Assembly (NCBI GenBank): GCA_038064475.1 | Contig: JBBTTA010000002.1 | Location: 83,195 to 147,194, forward strand | Reading direction: 5' to 3' | DNA length: 64,000 bases | DNA from: Patescibacteria group bacterium | GTDB lineage: Bacteria; Patescibacteriota; Minisyncoccia; Phycocordibacterales; EsbW-18 | Shown: one piece after another, positions 17,957 to 28,314 of the stretch | How positions within the stretch are numbered: position 1 is the first letter of the stretch | Layout: each line of letters opens with the position of its first letter | Notes under the pieces: generated by a model | What the model was told of the DNA's origin: nothing | Databases searched by the model: none | The model's input: the letters and a program-made list of their open reading frames with translations, nothing else | Made by a program: the position numbers and the translations under genes

Positions 17957-18397
17957 ATGCACACGAAAAATCGCCGACGCGTAAAAATGCTGATATTCGG
18001 AGCAGGACTCATAGCTTTACTTTTGTACAGCTACTACGAGTTCCGCGGTTTTTTGTATGGTCCAGAACTCATACTCCTAACGCCCCTTGCCGGAGAGACT
18101 GTCACAACACCGACAATCGACGTTACGGGTACGACACAGCGTATCGTCAAAATTACACTCAATGGTAGTCCTATTTTTGTGGACGAGGAAGGGGCCTTCT
18201 CTGAGACGGTATCCGTACTTGAGGGCTATAACCTCTTTGTGGTCTCTGTGGAAGATCGTTTTGGAAATGTGGCACAGGAATCACGCGAAGTGATATATAC
18301 ACCAGAGGCAACGCCTCAATATTATATTGAGGCGTTGCCTCGCTCACCATCCCCTATTGACGAAATCGCATCCTCGACTGCTCCTATAGATAGTTAA
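17957..18397 (+). CDS. Membrane-anchored Ig-like domain protein
   Basis: N-terminal TM then beta-rich ITLNG..FSETV.VLEGYN.F.V..EDRFG. Confidence 0.7.
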   Translation: MHTKNRRRVKMLIFGAGLIALLLYSYYEFRGFLYGPELILLTPLAGETVTTPTIDVTGTTQRIVKITLNGSPIFVDEEGAFSETVSVLEGYNLFVVSVEDRFGNVAQESREVIYTPEATPQYYIEALPRSPSPIDEIASSTAPIDS

Positions 18398-18449
18398 TAA
18401 AAAATTTATCGGAAATTAGTATACTTAAGTATTACTCGCACACACGTTT

Positions 18450-19466
18450 ATGGCATTCAAAAAGAAAGAACCAAAAGAATTGAAGCGGTTGGACAATGAT
18501 ATCGAAAATACGCTCAAGCAGATAAAAACAAAATTCGGCGAAGAGTCGATTATGAAATTTGGTGATTCACCGAAAGTTGATATCGCTGCAGTTTCAACTG
18601 GCTCTATTGGACTTGATATCGCGCTTGGCATCGGTGGACTTCCTCGCGGACGCATCGTCGAAATCTATGGTCCAGAATCGTCAGGAAAAACAACACTTGC
18701 ACTTCATGCTATTGCTGAAGCGCAGAAAGCCGGCGGTTTGTGTGCATTCGTTGATGCTGAGCATGCTATGGATCCTGTGTACACCAAAAATCTTGGTGTG
18801 AACATCGACGAACTTCTCATCTCTCAACCTGACACAGGCGAACAAGCTCTTGAAATCGTTGAATCGTTGGTGCGCACAGGAAAAATTGACGTCATCGTCA
18901 TCGACTCTGTTGCCGCACTCGTGCCAAAAGACGAAATCGAAGGAGACATGGGCGCACAACATGTCGGCAAGCAAGCACGACTCATGAGTCAGGCATTGCG
19001 TAAGCTCACCGGCATCGTCGCAAAATCAAAAACAATTGTTATCTTCATCAACCAAATCCGCATGAAGATTGGTGTGATGTTTGGTAATCCTGAAACAACT
19101 CCGGGAGGAAATGCCCTCAAGTTCTACGCATCCGTTCGTCTTGATGTGCGCCGTATCGCACAAATCAAAAAGGGTGAAGAAGTTATTGGTGGTCGTACGC
19201 GCGTGAAGGTGGTAAAGAATAAGGTTGCATCCCCTTTCAAACAGGCAGAGTTCGATCTCGTATACAACGAAGGTATTTCAAAAGAAGGAGAAATGCTCAT
19301 GATGGGAGAAGCAAATGGTGTTATTGAAAAAAGCGGTTCATCGTACAAGTACGGCGAAACAGTCATTGGACGCGGGTATGATGCGGCTCGTCTTTTCTTG
19401 AAAGAGCATAAGGATGTCTCAAAGAAAATCCTTAAAGAGATAGAAGCAAAGCTCAAAGAGGCGTAG
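18450..19466 (+). CDS. recA: Recombinase RecA
   Basis: [35 protein letters not shown]. Confidence 0.99.
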   Translation: MAFKKKEPKELKRLDNDIENTLKQIKTKFGEESIMKFGDSPKVDIAAVSTGSIGLDIALGIGGLPRGRIVEIYGPESSGKTTLALHAIAEAQKAGGLCAFVDAEHAMDPVYTKNLGVNIDELLISQPDTGEQALEIVESLVRTGKIDVIVIDSVAALVPKDEIEGDMGAQHVGKQARLMSQALRKLTGIVAKSKTIVIFINQIRMKIGVMFGNPETTPGGNALKFYASVRLDVRRIAQIKKGEEVIGGRTRVKVVKNKVASPFKQAEFDLVYNEGISKEGEMLMMGEANGVIEKSGSSYKYGETVIGRGYDAARLFLKEHKDVSKKILKEIEAKLKEA

Positions 19467-19530
19467 GTTGTCGGTTTAAAAGGTGCGTGGTACACTCCCT
19501 GTGTGCCCAGAGGGGCTTTTTTATTGCTTT

Positions 19531-20109
19531 ATGTTGGCATATAACGATATTCGAATTGGTAAAGTGATTATTTTCAACGGCGAGCCGTACGCTGTTTTGG
19601 CGTCGCACGTCTTTCGCAAACAACAGCGCAAGCCCGTGAATGCGACAAAGTTGAAGAATCTCATCACAGGCAAAGTAACTGAATACTCTTTCCACGTTTC
19701 TGAAAAAGCTGAAGAAGCTGATATCGAAACACGTCCCCTCACCTACATTTACAACTCCCCCGCCAAAGGCGGACAAGCGCCACAGTGGTGGTTCCACCGC
19801 ACCGGAAACCCTTCCGAGCGCGTAACGTTACCTGAAGATCTTTTGGGAGATCAAAAACAATTTCTTAAAGAAAAAATGGAACTCGAAGGTCTCTACTTCG
19901 AAGAAAAGCCATTTGGCATCCGTTTGCCTATCAAAATGATCCTCAAAGTAACCGAGGCCCCCCCAAATGTCCGTGGTAACACCGCACAGGGTGGCGACAA
20001 ACTTGTGACACTTGAAACAGGGGCAAAAATAACGACTCCTATGTTCGTTGAGGCTGGTGACATGATTGAAGTCAACACAGAAACTCAAGAATACGTCGGT
20101 CGCGCCTAA
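19531..20109 (+). CDS. efp: Elongation factor P
   Basis: TKLKNLITG, PPNVRGNTA, LETGA...PMFV..GD.I.VNT...YVGRA. Confidence 0.93.
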   Translation: MLAYNDIRIGKVIIFNGEPYAVLASHVFRKQQRKPVNATKLKNLITGKVTEYSFHVSEKAEEADIETRPLTYIYNSPAKGGQAPQWWFHRTGNPSERVTLPEDLLGDQKQFLKEKMELEGLYFEEKPFGIRLPIKMILKVTEAPPNVRGNTAQGGDKLVTLETGAKITTPMFVEAGDMIEVNTETQEYVGRA

Positions 20110-20121
20110 AATCTACTCCAC

Positions 20122-20311
20122 ATTTGTTTTTATAAAGCACGGATAAAGGTTCTGTGGAACCTGTGTTAGCTCCTCGGCTCGGAGGTATAAAAGAGTACTT
20201 TTATACCTCTCTCGCTCTACGTCGCTAATAAAATCCTACTGGATTTTTCCTCGTACTCGTGCCGCCGCACTCGCAAGTCTTTATAAAAACAAATATCTCG
20301 TTTACCCGTTA
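20122..20311 (+). repeat. Structured repeat element (third family) with nested insertion
   Basis: 32-bp identity 20228-20259 vs 10144-10175; closing stem atttgtttttataaag/ctttataaaaacaaat. Confidence 0.7.
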
Positions 20312-20384
20312 ATACAAACAGGTTGACAAACAACCTGTTTTTTGGTATAGAACATTAGACGTTCCAATCACAGAGGAGAATCTG

Positions 20385-20600
20385 ATGGCATTCACCAAAC
20401 AAGATGTGTCGTCGTTTCTCGTGAAGGAGCCCCTGCTCGACCCTGAAAACATGAGGAAAATGGCTCCGGAGAGCCGACGAAGCCTCATCAATCACGTCGA
20501 GGGCCTTCGCGAAAGGCTTCTCCCACTCGACCTGTTCGCTCCCATCCCCACGGACGTCGAAGTCCTCTTCCGTGAGGTCCGAGCAATCGCTGGCTACTGA
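20385..20600 (+). CDS. Small hypothetical protein with own promoter, SD and terminator
   Basis: TTGACA at 20323, AGGAG SD, hairpin terminator 20613-20646. Confidence 0.55.
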   Translation: MAFTKQDVSSFLVKEPLLDPENMRKMAPESRRSLINHVEGLRERLLPLDLFAPIPTDVEVLFREVRAIAGY

Positions 20601-20666
20601 ACCAAAGCCCAACAAAAAAGCCCAATGCTTTCCGTTGGGCTTTTTTCTATTCCTAAACTCCAAGAA

Positions 20667-20780
20667 AACGTTTGGAACCTCAGATGCGAGGCGTGAGCGA
20701 AGCTCGGACTGAACAATAGTTATTCTATTGTGAGGGCGGACCGGAGTTCGCAACAAAGTAGATGGGGCTTCAGAAACGTT
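20667..20780. repeat. REP-like folded intergenic element downstream of rpsR
   Basis: Imperfect terminal IR aacgttt..aacctca / tggggctt..aaacgtt with internal hairpins. Confidence 0.5.
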
Positions 20781-20981
20781 CTAGCGGGCGATGTAAGGGA
20801 GGAACCCCATGAATCGTGCGCGTTTTACAGCCTGCGCGAGGTCACGCTGGTGTGTTGCACATACGCCTGTGTAGCGTCGTGTTTTCAAACGGCCGTATGA
20901 GTTGATGAATTGACGAAGAAGCACGACATCCTTGTAGTCGATGTGTTCGATATTGTTTTGTGTGAAGTAACAGTTTTTCAT
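20781..20981 (-). CDS. rpsR: 30S ribosomal protein S18
   Basis: IDYKDV..LRQFI..GR..RRYTG....QR.LAQAVKRARFMGFLPY. Confidence 0.95.
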   Translation of the reverse strand: MKNCYFTQNNIEHIDYKDVVLLRQFINSYGRLKTRRYTGVCATHQRDLAQAVKRARFMGFLPYIAR

Positions 20982-20998
20982 AAAGTCTCTTGTGTTTT

Positions 20999-21463
20999 TT
21001 AAAATGGAATGTCGTCAGGATTAATACCTTCGTCGCTCGCGTCTGGATATTGAATCGTATCGAGCTCAGGTTCTTTTGCGGCGGCTGGTGCTTCTTGTTT
21101 CTGATATCCACCTCCGCTTTGCTCCCGCACACCTGCACTTCGTGGACCAAACTGTACGCGGTCAGCAACAATTTCTGTACGATATTTTTTCTGTCCATCT
21201 GGTCCGTCCCAACTTCGTGTCACGATACGTCCTTCAACCAACGCTGATGCTCCTTTACGAAGATACTGTGCTGATGTTTCTGCCTGACGACCGAATACAA
21301 CGATGTTGTGGTACTCCGCAGTCTCCTGTCGCTTACCCTCTTTATCTGTCCATGTACGGTTTGTTGCAAGGCTGAATGTTGTCACTGTTGTTCCTGACGG
21401 AAGTGATTTCTGTTCAGGATCTCGAGTTAAGTTACCGAAAATGAGTGCCTTGTTGAGATACAT
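20999..21463 (-). CDS. ssb: Single-stranded DNA-binding protein
   Basis: NKALIFGNLTRDPE ... C-terminal DDIPF. Confidence 0.97.
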   Translation of the reverse strand: MYLNKALIFGNLTRDPEQKSLPSGTTVTTFSLATNRTWTDKEGKRQETAEYHNIVVFGRQAETSAQYLRKGASALVEGRIVTRSWDGPDGQKKYRTEIVADRVQFGPRSAGVREQSGGGYQKQEAPAAAKEPELDTIQYPDASDEGINPDDIPF

Positions 21464-21484
21464 GATTGATTTTATTAGCGAGTC

Positions 21485-21620
21485 GGAACGAACTTATTAA
21501 AATCATCACCCCGCCCCACTTTTGTGGCGCTGATGATATTTTCTATACTATTTTTTGCTGTTTGAATCATTTGTTTTAAAAAGTGGGGCGGGGTTGTGGC
21601 GAATACAGTCACTTCGTTCC
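21485..21620. repeat. Inverted-repeat element between rpsF and ssb
   Basis: accccgccccactttt (21508-21523) / aaaagtggggcggggt (21579-21594); outer ggaacgaa/ttcgttcc. Confidence 0.7.
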
Positions 21621-21623
21621 TTA

Positions 21624-22118
21624 TTACGCTAACAATTTTTCGATTTCCGCATCAATCACCGCTACGTTTGGAACAGAAGCCACAGCACCCTCTTCAATTG
21701 GTGCTTCGGAAACCATTTCCTCTGTCTTAGGAACTTCACGAACGTATGATTCACGAGTAGTCTTTACCAAAAGTGAGCGGAGAACTGTTGGCTTCCCTGC
21801 AACAAACGCTTTGAGGTCGTGTGCAATTGCTGGAATTGTTTCGAACTTCATCCAACCAAAGTATGCGGTGTTGAAGGTATAACGCTTGCGTTCGATGTCA
21901 CGCTGCATTGGGTATGCAAGGTTGAAAAGCACAGGAGCCTCTTCGCTGATAAGCGTTCCTCCTGCTTTTGTGATTTTTTCGCGAATAGCGTCAAATTCGG
22001 CACGTGCGCCGTCTTCATTAATTGAAGTCACGAAGTGAATACCTACCTCGTAAATGCGAGGATTAGCATCCATGTCCATATCTTCCATGTTTTCCGCCTT
22101 TATTTCCTTCTCATCCAT
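21624..22118 (-). CDS. rpsF: 30S ribosomal protein S6
   Basis: RIYE....LAYPM...AYFGWMKF...VLRSLLVK; rpsF-ssb-rpsR order. Confidence 0.88.
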   Translation of the reverse strand: MDEKEIKAENMEDMDMDANPRIYEVGIHFVTSINEDGARAEFDAIREKITKAGGTLISEEAPVLFNLAYPMQRDIERKRYTFNTAYFGWMKFETIPAIAHDLKAFVAGKPTVLRSLLVKTTRESYVREVPKTEEMVSEAPIEEGAVASVPNVAVIDAEIEKLLA

Positions 22119-22167
22119 AGAAAAGCATCATACCATAGGCTGTTTCAGGGAGCAACGAGGCCTTTAT

Positions 22168-22971
22168 TTAATTTTGAGGGATACCAAAGACACGCAAGGC
22201 ATTCTCTACCAATGTCTTCCTAAAGCTCTCAAAATCGGCTCCACGAACCTCCGCAAGGGTTCGAACGACATGCTCAACATACAAAGGCTCATTTCGATGC
22301 CCACGAAAAGGTTCTGGCGTTGCAAACGGCGCATCTGTTTCCGCCATAATCATGTTCTCGGGTATGAACTTGATGACATCGTCGTAGTCTCGGCTAAAGG
22401 TGATCGGACCATCAAATGACATCGTAAAACCGAGATCTAGGAATTTTTGTGCAGTCGGAATGTCCCCAACAAAAAAGTGAATGTTACCGCGAAGTTTGCT
22501 ATTTGGTGCTTGATGCTTGGTGCTTTCGAGTATCTCGATAATATCTTCATACGCATCCATACTACCCTTCCGAGGGCGCCCATGAATCATGAGTGGCATA
22601 TCGTGCTTCAGTGCAAGAACGATGTGTGCTTCAAACATTTTCTTTTGCGCTTCTTTTGTTTCTGTATCATTAGGATCAATACGAAAATAGTCGAGTCCAC
22701 ACTCTCCTATCGCAACAACCTTCCTGTCTTCTGCAAGTTTTGAGAATGTTTCCTCATCAAATGCTTCGCCGTGTGTCGGATGAATGCCAACCGTTGCAAA
22801 AAGATGCGCATGCTCGTGCGCGAGTTCCACCGCAGCCTGTGACGTGCCGAGCTCTGTGCCCACCGTAATGGTGCCCATACCAATTTCTTTCATCTTTTCA
22901 ATAATCAATGATCGATCAGTATCAAAATCTTGAAATGTGAGATGCGAATGTATGTCGAAGTAGCGGTACAT
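22168..22971 (-). CDS. tatD: TatD-family hydrolase
   Basis: DIHSHL, GIHP, AIGECGLDY, ETDAPF. Confidence 0.93.
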   Translation of the reverse strand: MYRYFDIHSHLTFQDFDTDRSLIIEKMKEIGMGTITVGTELGTSQAAVELAHEHAHLFATVGIHPTHGEAFDEETFSKLAEDRKVVAIGECGLDYFRIDPNDTETKEAQKKMFEAHIVLALKHDMPLMIHGRPRKGSMDAYEDIIEILESTKHQAPNSKLRGNIHFFVGDIPTAQKFLDLGFTMSFDGPITFSRDYDDVIKFIPENMIMAETDAPFATPEPFRGHRNEPLYVEHVVRTLAEVRGADFESFRKTLVENALRVFGIPQN

Positions 22972-23020
22972 GTTTGGGAAGCTTATAGCTGATAGCTTGT
23001 AGCTTGTAGAAAATACAAAA

Positions 23021-24460
23021 TTAATCCTTACGCGCGAAAAGTGTTTCGGGCATGGTGTGCGAAGTTATGGCGTGCTGAATCTTCTCCGCAGTCCCTGGCA
23101 TGAACGGTGTGAGGAATGCTGCAATGTGCCATAGCGTTTCAACGAGTGACGCAACATCTCGGCGCGCAGTATCTGCATCAACTTTTATTTTCTTAAATGG
23201 TTCGTGTTCTTGAATAAAACCATCTGCTTGTGCAATATGCTCACGAATGACACCAAATGCTTCGTCAAAACGATATCGGTTGAATGCGTCTGTATAGCCC
23301 TTTGCATCAGCGATGATTTTCTCTGTGGTTGGAAGCGTAAGACCGTCCCATCCAATGTCATATGACGTCGCCATTTTCATCACACGCGACGTAAGGTTAC
23401 CCACACCGTTTGCAAGGTAGGCATTATAAGCTGTGGTAAGGCGCTCCCGTGTGATGTCACTGTCTTCATACGGATGTGCTTCCGCAAGCATGAAAAAGCG
23501 AAGTGCCTCAACACCATATGTTTCAAGAAGTGCAACTGGGTCAACCACGTTTCCAAGACTCTTACTCATTTTTTGCCCATTACTATTGAGAAAACCGTGA
23601 TAAAACACCGCATCAGTTGTTTTTACATGCGCTGACATAAGCATTGCCTGCCACATCAACGACTGCATACGAATCTGGTCCTTTCCAGCAAATTGCACAA
23701 CGTCGCCTTCTTCCCAATATTTTTTAAAACCATCCGCATCTGGCCAATCCAGTGTTGAAACGTAATTCACGAGCGCATCAAACCACACGTACATGACGTG
23801 AAGATTGTCATTTGGAACAGAAATACCCCACGACATTTTTTCTTTGAGACGTGACACACTGAAATCCTCAAGCCCTGCGTTTACAAATGTAAGCGCTTCG
23901 AGTCGGCGTGACTCGGGAACGATAACACCTTCACGTGAAAGATATTTGGCGAGCTTCTCTTGATATTTTGAAAAACGGAAGAAATAATTTTCTTCTTCAA
24001 TAACCTGAATCTCAAGATTTGGATGGAGAATGCAGTGCCCGTGTTCAATTTCTGAATCTGTCTTTTGCATTTCACAGCCAACACAGTACTTTACTGAGTA
24101 GTTCTTTTTGTAGATGTCCCCTGCCGCATCACATCGTCGCCAAAATTCTTGCGCAGCAGTTACGTGATCCGCATCTGTTGTACGAATAAAACGCGTGTAA
24201 CCAATGTTGAGCGTCTCCATCAACGCTTTAAATTTTTCTGCGTACTCATCCGCATATGCTTGTGGTGTTACACCTGCTTCAAGCGCTTTTGAATAAATCT
24301 TTTGCCCGTGTTCGTCAGTGCCCGTATTGAAAAAGACATCACGTCCCATAATGCGCGCGAAGCGCGCGTAACAATCAGCCTCAATAAACTCAAGTGCATG
24401 CCCGAGGTGAGGTTTATCATTCACGTATGGAAGTGTCGTCGTCAGATACAGCGGCCGCAT
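23021..24460 (-). CDS. metG: Methionine--tRNA ligase
   Basis: PYVNDKPHLGH, GTDEHGQKI, YVWFDAL, KMSKS. Confidence 0.96.
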   Translation of the reverse strand: MRPLYLTTTLPYVNDKPHLGHALEFIEADCYARFARIMGRDVFFNTGTDEHGQKIYSKALEAGVTPQAYADEYAEKFKALMETLNIGYTRFIRTTDADHVTAAQEFWRRCDAAGDIYKKNYSVKYCVGCEMQKTDSEIEHGHCILHPNLEIQVIEEENYFFRFSKYQEKLAKYLSREGVIVPESRRLEALTFVNAGLEDFSVSRLKEKMSWGISVPNDNLHVMYVWFDALVNYVSTLDWPDADGFKKYWEEGDVVQFAGKDQIRMQSLMWQAMLMSAHVKTTDAVFYHGFLNSNGQKMSKSLGNVVDPVALLETYGVEALRFFMLAEAHPYEDSDITRERLTTAYNAYLANGVGNLTSRVMKMATSYDIGWDGLTLPTTEKIIADAKGYTDAFNRYRFDEAFGVIREHIAQADGFIQEHEPFKKIKVDADTARRDVASLVETLWHIAAFLTPFMPGTAEKIQHAITSHTMPETLFARKD

Positions 24461-24468
24461 ACAGAGTA

Positions 24469-25539
24469 TTAGATAAGTGTGTGATCTCGCTTTGGCGCAT
24501 TCTGAAGCTTCAAGTCATGAATGAACTCCATGAATGCCGCCGCGAGAGGCACTGAGAGAAGTGCGCCCAAGAGTCCCCCTAGCTGCGCACCGATGATAAG
24601 AGCGAGAATCACCACCATTGCGGGAACACCGACCACTTTATTTACGACCAGTGGATAGATGAGGTGGTTCTCAAATTGTTGAATGATGATGTAGAGACCC
24701 GTGACGAGAAGCGCCGCGGTAAGACCTCCATCACCAAAAGCGACGAGAATCGCTGGAATGCTTGAAATAATCGGACCAAAGAGCGGAATAAGTTCAAAGA
24801 GTGCGGCAAGAAGCGCAAAAAGAAGTGCGTGCTTCACGCCAAGAATCGTAAGGCCCAAGAACACCAAGACGCCAACGATAAGCATGAGAAGCAGTTGTCC
24901 CTGCATCCAGCGACCAATTTTTTTCTGTGAACGCTCCCACAAATCGATTGCGTACGCCTGGTGCGTGTGTGGCGTTACGATACGGAGAAAGTTTTCAATT
25001 CCCCGCTCTTGCACGGCAAAGTAGAACGACAAGATAATGACAAGGATGAATGAGAAGAATCCCCCGAAGACTGAACTCACAACACCAAAGACACTGCCTG
25101 GGATTTCAAGGAATGAACGGAATCCTGTCACGAGATCTTGTGCAGAAAGTGTACGCGAAAGACCTGTAAGTACGTCTGTTGATGTCGCACTTGAGATATT
25201 CTCTATGAATGGAGAGAGTTCAACAGCACTAAAGTATGTCGGAATTTGTGAAATGAAATTCGCCGCATCCGCAAGCATTGATGGCAAAATAAAGTACACC
25301 GTTCCAAAAAGTACAAGTGCAACCACTGCGTACGTAATCACCACCGATGCCAAACGAGGTACACGATAGTGTTTAAACCACTTCGTCACAGGTTCAATGG
25401 CAGACGCAATCACAATTGCTGCGATAACGACAAGCACAACGTCACGCAAAATATAGAGCACAAGGAGACCAATAATGACCATTGCGGCTTTAAAAACCGA
25501 CAGAGCGCTTATATGAACGGTTGTTTGGTGTCGTTCCAT
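24469..25539 (-). CDS. AI-2E family transporter (PerM-like)
   Basis: Multi-TM, ELIPLFGP, IQQFENHLIYP. Confidence 0.9.
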   Translation of the reverse strand: MERHQTTVHISALSVFKAAMVIIGLLVLYILRDVVLVVIAAIVIASAIEPVTKWFKHYRVPRLASVVITYAVVALVLFGTVYFILPSMLADAANFISQIPTYFSAVELSPFIENISSATSTDVLTGLSRTLSAQDLVTGFRSFLEIPGSVFGVVSSVFGGFFSFILVIILSFYFAVQERGIENFLRIVTPHTHQAYAIDLWERSQKKIGRWMQGQLLLMLIVGVLVFLGLTILGVKHALLFALLAALFELIPLFGPIISSIPAILVAFGDGGLTAALLVTGLYIIIQQFENHLIYPLVVNKVVGVPAMVVILALIIGAQLGGLLGALLSVPLAAAFMEFIHDLKLQNAPKRDHTLI

Positions 25540-25566
25540 AAAGCGAGTATATCACGTTGTTTAGGC

Positions 25567-27504
25567 TTATTCCGCTGCTAGAACACGGTCGTGGTTCACT
25601 GGCGCACCATCCTCTTCAAGGTGGATATTTGCAGCGGATTCTACGTCTCCAATTTCTCCACCAATGAATTCATCAAGGGCTGAAAAAATGCTGTCGCCGA
25701 TTAATTCTGGCGCACTCCCAACCTGTGGTGCTGATGGTGTCATCCCCACTTGGAACGACACTTTACGTGGAGCCTTGTTATATCCTGCGCCCGCAAGAAC
25801 ATCCCCAACCGTCCACAACACTTCACGTGATGAAGCGGTGTACGTTACGTTTTCTGTTGATGGTCGCACTTCATTTTTCCAAGAAACATACGGGGGCAAC
25901 ACAGCACGCACCGTGCCACCTGAAAGCTCATTCACGCTTGAAGAAACCGTCCACGTGATAGTGTATGTTGTTTCTTCTTCAACAACAGGTGGTAGTGGTC
26001 CTTCGTTATCAATTGGTCCTGTTGCATATGTTACTAACGTATCGATACCCACACTTGAAGCAAGCATGACGCGATGACGTACCTCAGAGCGAATGGTCTT
26101 CTCCGTATCATCTTCGCCTACCGGTATTGCAGTCAATCGTGCAGTAACAGGTACCTCTGGATTTGTACTCATACCACCAAGCTGACTCGAGGGTTTGAGA
26201 TTAAATGAAAAGTTTACTTCACCACGTGATCCTGGGTTAATAAATTCAAGATCATCAACACTTTGCTGATCCCATGTAATCGTATTGTTTGAAGAATTAT
26301 AAAAGCCCCCCACAACAAAGACACTGCTTTCATCAAACGCGGAACCATCAAGCTTAACTGTGAGCACACCTTCACCTAGTTTATCGCGTAAATTGTTTCG
26401 CCATTCTACTTTTCCTCGAACAATCGTGCCCGGCTGTGCAACAACAGATTCGGCTTCGCTACCATTCAATGTCATCGTGAGATTTATAAATGGACGTTCA
26501 ATCTCAACCTCATGCTGTGCTTTCACAAATGATGTACCAAGTGTTGTGGTGTCTTGTTGCGACGCAATACCAAGATCAAAATGGAAGATGCGCTCTTCAT
26601 TGTCTTGTCCTTCAAGCACACCTTTCACAAGAATCTCTCGTGTGCCCTCTGGCTCTATATCGCCCAACACCCACAATGTATCGCTATATGACGCTTCGGG
26701 GTCTGCTTCGGTAAAGGTAAACCCAAATGGGTATTCGCCGCGCACAACAACGTTTTCAAGCGGGAATGAAGAGTTTGATCGCACCTTCACAAGCATTTCA
26801 ACTTCATCACCTGAATTAACTGACTTTGGTCCATCGACTGTCATTGAAAGCGGGGCCGTACCAATTGACACCGTAAACACGCTTTCCTTCACAAAAATCG
26901 CACCCGAGCCCGCAATGCGGTACTCAATCGTAATGTATACATCGCGTGTGCTTCCCTCCTCTCCAAAAAGGATTGCTTCTGTCGTGGTTGAGACAGTTAC
27001 CCCTGGATTAATGTTCCCCAAACCCACACGGTAGTCGGTAAGTTCATTCGTCACATCATGAACGGAGCGCGTACCGTCTGGATATTCCAAAATAAGATCC
27101 ACCACCTCAAGGGTTGCCGCATTTCTGTTCTTAATATCAATAGAAAGCGGCAATGTGTCTCCCGCAGCGATTGAAACTGGGCCTGTCACCGAAATATCAA
27201 TCTTCCCTGCTGAAACGACATTGCGGTTATTACTCAAAAAGAAGAATGCCGCAGCAAGCGATACCGCAAAAAATAAAATAGCAACAAGAAAAATCCACTT
27301 CGCTGTTGTGTGATGTTGCGCAAGTTTCATATCAAGAGAAAAAGATTTTGGGTGTTCATGTTCATGTTGCCAATCTTGTGGCACGTCCGTTACGTTTTGA
27401 TGAAGCCCTGAACGACGCTCTTCGGGTACACCATCACCCGGCGTGTACAACTTTTGTGTAAGACTCTCAATCGGTCCTTCTTCTTGTTGACGAGATTCTG
27501 TCAT
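25567..27504 (-). CDS. Membrane-anchored protein with tandem Ig-like (DUF11-like) domains
   Basis: Single TM then repeated beta-sandwich units; GPLPP..ETTYTITW. Confidence 0.7.
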   Translation of the reverse strand: MTESRQQEEGPIESLTQKLYTPGDGVPEERRSGLHQNVTDVPQDWQHEHEHPKSFSLDMKLAQHHTTAKWIFLVAILFFAVSLAAAFFFLSNNRNVVSAGKIDISVTGPVSIAAGDTLPLSIDIKNRNAATLEVVDLILEYPDGTRSVHDVTNELTDYRVGLGNINPGVTVSTTTEAILFGEEGSTRDVYITIEYRIAGSGAIFVKESVFTVSIGTAPLSMTVDGPKSVNSGDEVEMLVKVRSNSSFPLENVVVRGEYPFGFTFTEADPEASYSDTLWVLGDIEPEGTREILVKGVLEGQDNEERIFHFDLGIASQQDTTTLGTSFVKAQHEVEIERPFINLTMTLNGSEAESVVAQPGTIVRGKVEWRNNLRDKLGEGVLTVKLDGSAFDESSVFVVGGFYNSSNNTITWDQQSVDDLEFINPGSRGEVNFSFNLKPSSQLGGMSTNPEVPVTARLTAIPVGEDDTEKTIRSEVRHRVMLASSVGIDTLVTYATGPIDNEGPLPPVVEEETTYTITWTVSSSVNELSGGTVRAVLPPYVSWKNEVRPSTENVTYTASSREVLWTVGDVLAGAGYNKAPRKVSFQVGMTPSAPQVGSAPELIGDSIFSALDEFIGGEIGDVESAANIHLEEDGAPVNHDRVLAAE

Positions 27505-27526
27505 AGATACAATTCAGTATATCAGA

Positions 27527-27559
27527 GGGGTCTGACCCCACTAGGTGGGGTCAGACCCC
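27527..27559. repeat. REP-like double palindrome GGGGTCWGACCCC
   Basis: ggggtctgacccc-actaggt-ggggtcagacccc; second doublet at 56198-56230. Confidence 0.75.
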
Positions 27560-27606
27560 AAGCAAAGTCTTGCCAAACACTGAGTGTTAAACACTCAGTA
27601 TTTGGC

Positions 27607-28305
27607 TTACACGATATCGAATTCTTCGAACACCTGTCGGTACAAATCAATAACACGCTTTGCTTCACGATGCGTCAAAATGAAGTCTGATCCGTGGTGT
27701 GCGATGCGATTACGAATCTTATGTGCCTCCCATGCCATTTCGAGCGTCGCGAAGTCACTCTGTTCAATACCTTTCAACTTCTCACCAAGTGTATCGCCGT
27801 GATTCCCCATGCTGGTTACAAGCTCATCAAGCATGATGTCTGCTTCAAGAATAGCAATACGCCAGTCTCCTGGGTTTTCTGACGTTGAAAGCGTTATGAC
27901 ATGCTCCCATTTGTCATTCTTTTCTGACACACCAACACCGGCGATTTTCTCTTCAAGCACCTTCATCTGCTCATTGTGTGCTTTCATTACGTGGCTGTGC
28001 TTTCGCATCGCATACATTGCCCCCGCTCCCGCGAGCGCTGCTACAATCCACGCAATCCATACGTACATCTGTTTGAATGTTGCAAACCAACCCTCAGTGG
28101 CACCCAGTCGATCTGCAAGATTTTGAATGTACGTGATAAATGAAAAACCTTCGTCAAAGCGATCCCCTGCAACACGCTCAACTCCACCGAGAACACTCGA
28201 CAATAGAAGGAGTCCGAAAATAATTGCGAATATTGTTGCGAGGACTGTAGTATCACTTACTGGTCCTCCCCCACTCGGTGCTGGTTTTTTCTTGTCATCA
28301 GCCAT
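27607..28305 (-). CDS. Conserved hypothetical membrane protein
   Basis: Two TM segments then WRIAILEAD..LD...G.TLGEKLK...AWEAHKIRNRIAH. Confidence 0.75.
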   Translation of the reverse strand: MADDKKKPAPSGGGPVSDTTVLATIFAIIFGLLLLSSVLGGVERVAGDRFDEGFSFITYIQNLADRLGATEGWFATFKQMYVWIAWIVAALAGAGAMYAMRKHSHVMKAHNEQMKVLEEKIAGVGVSEKNDKWEHVITLSTSENPGDWRIAILEADIMLDELVTSMGNHGDTLGEKLKGIEQSDFATLEMAWEAHKIRNRIAHHGSDFILTHREAKRVIDLYRQVFEEFDIV

Positions 28306-28314
28306 AGTTATAGT

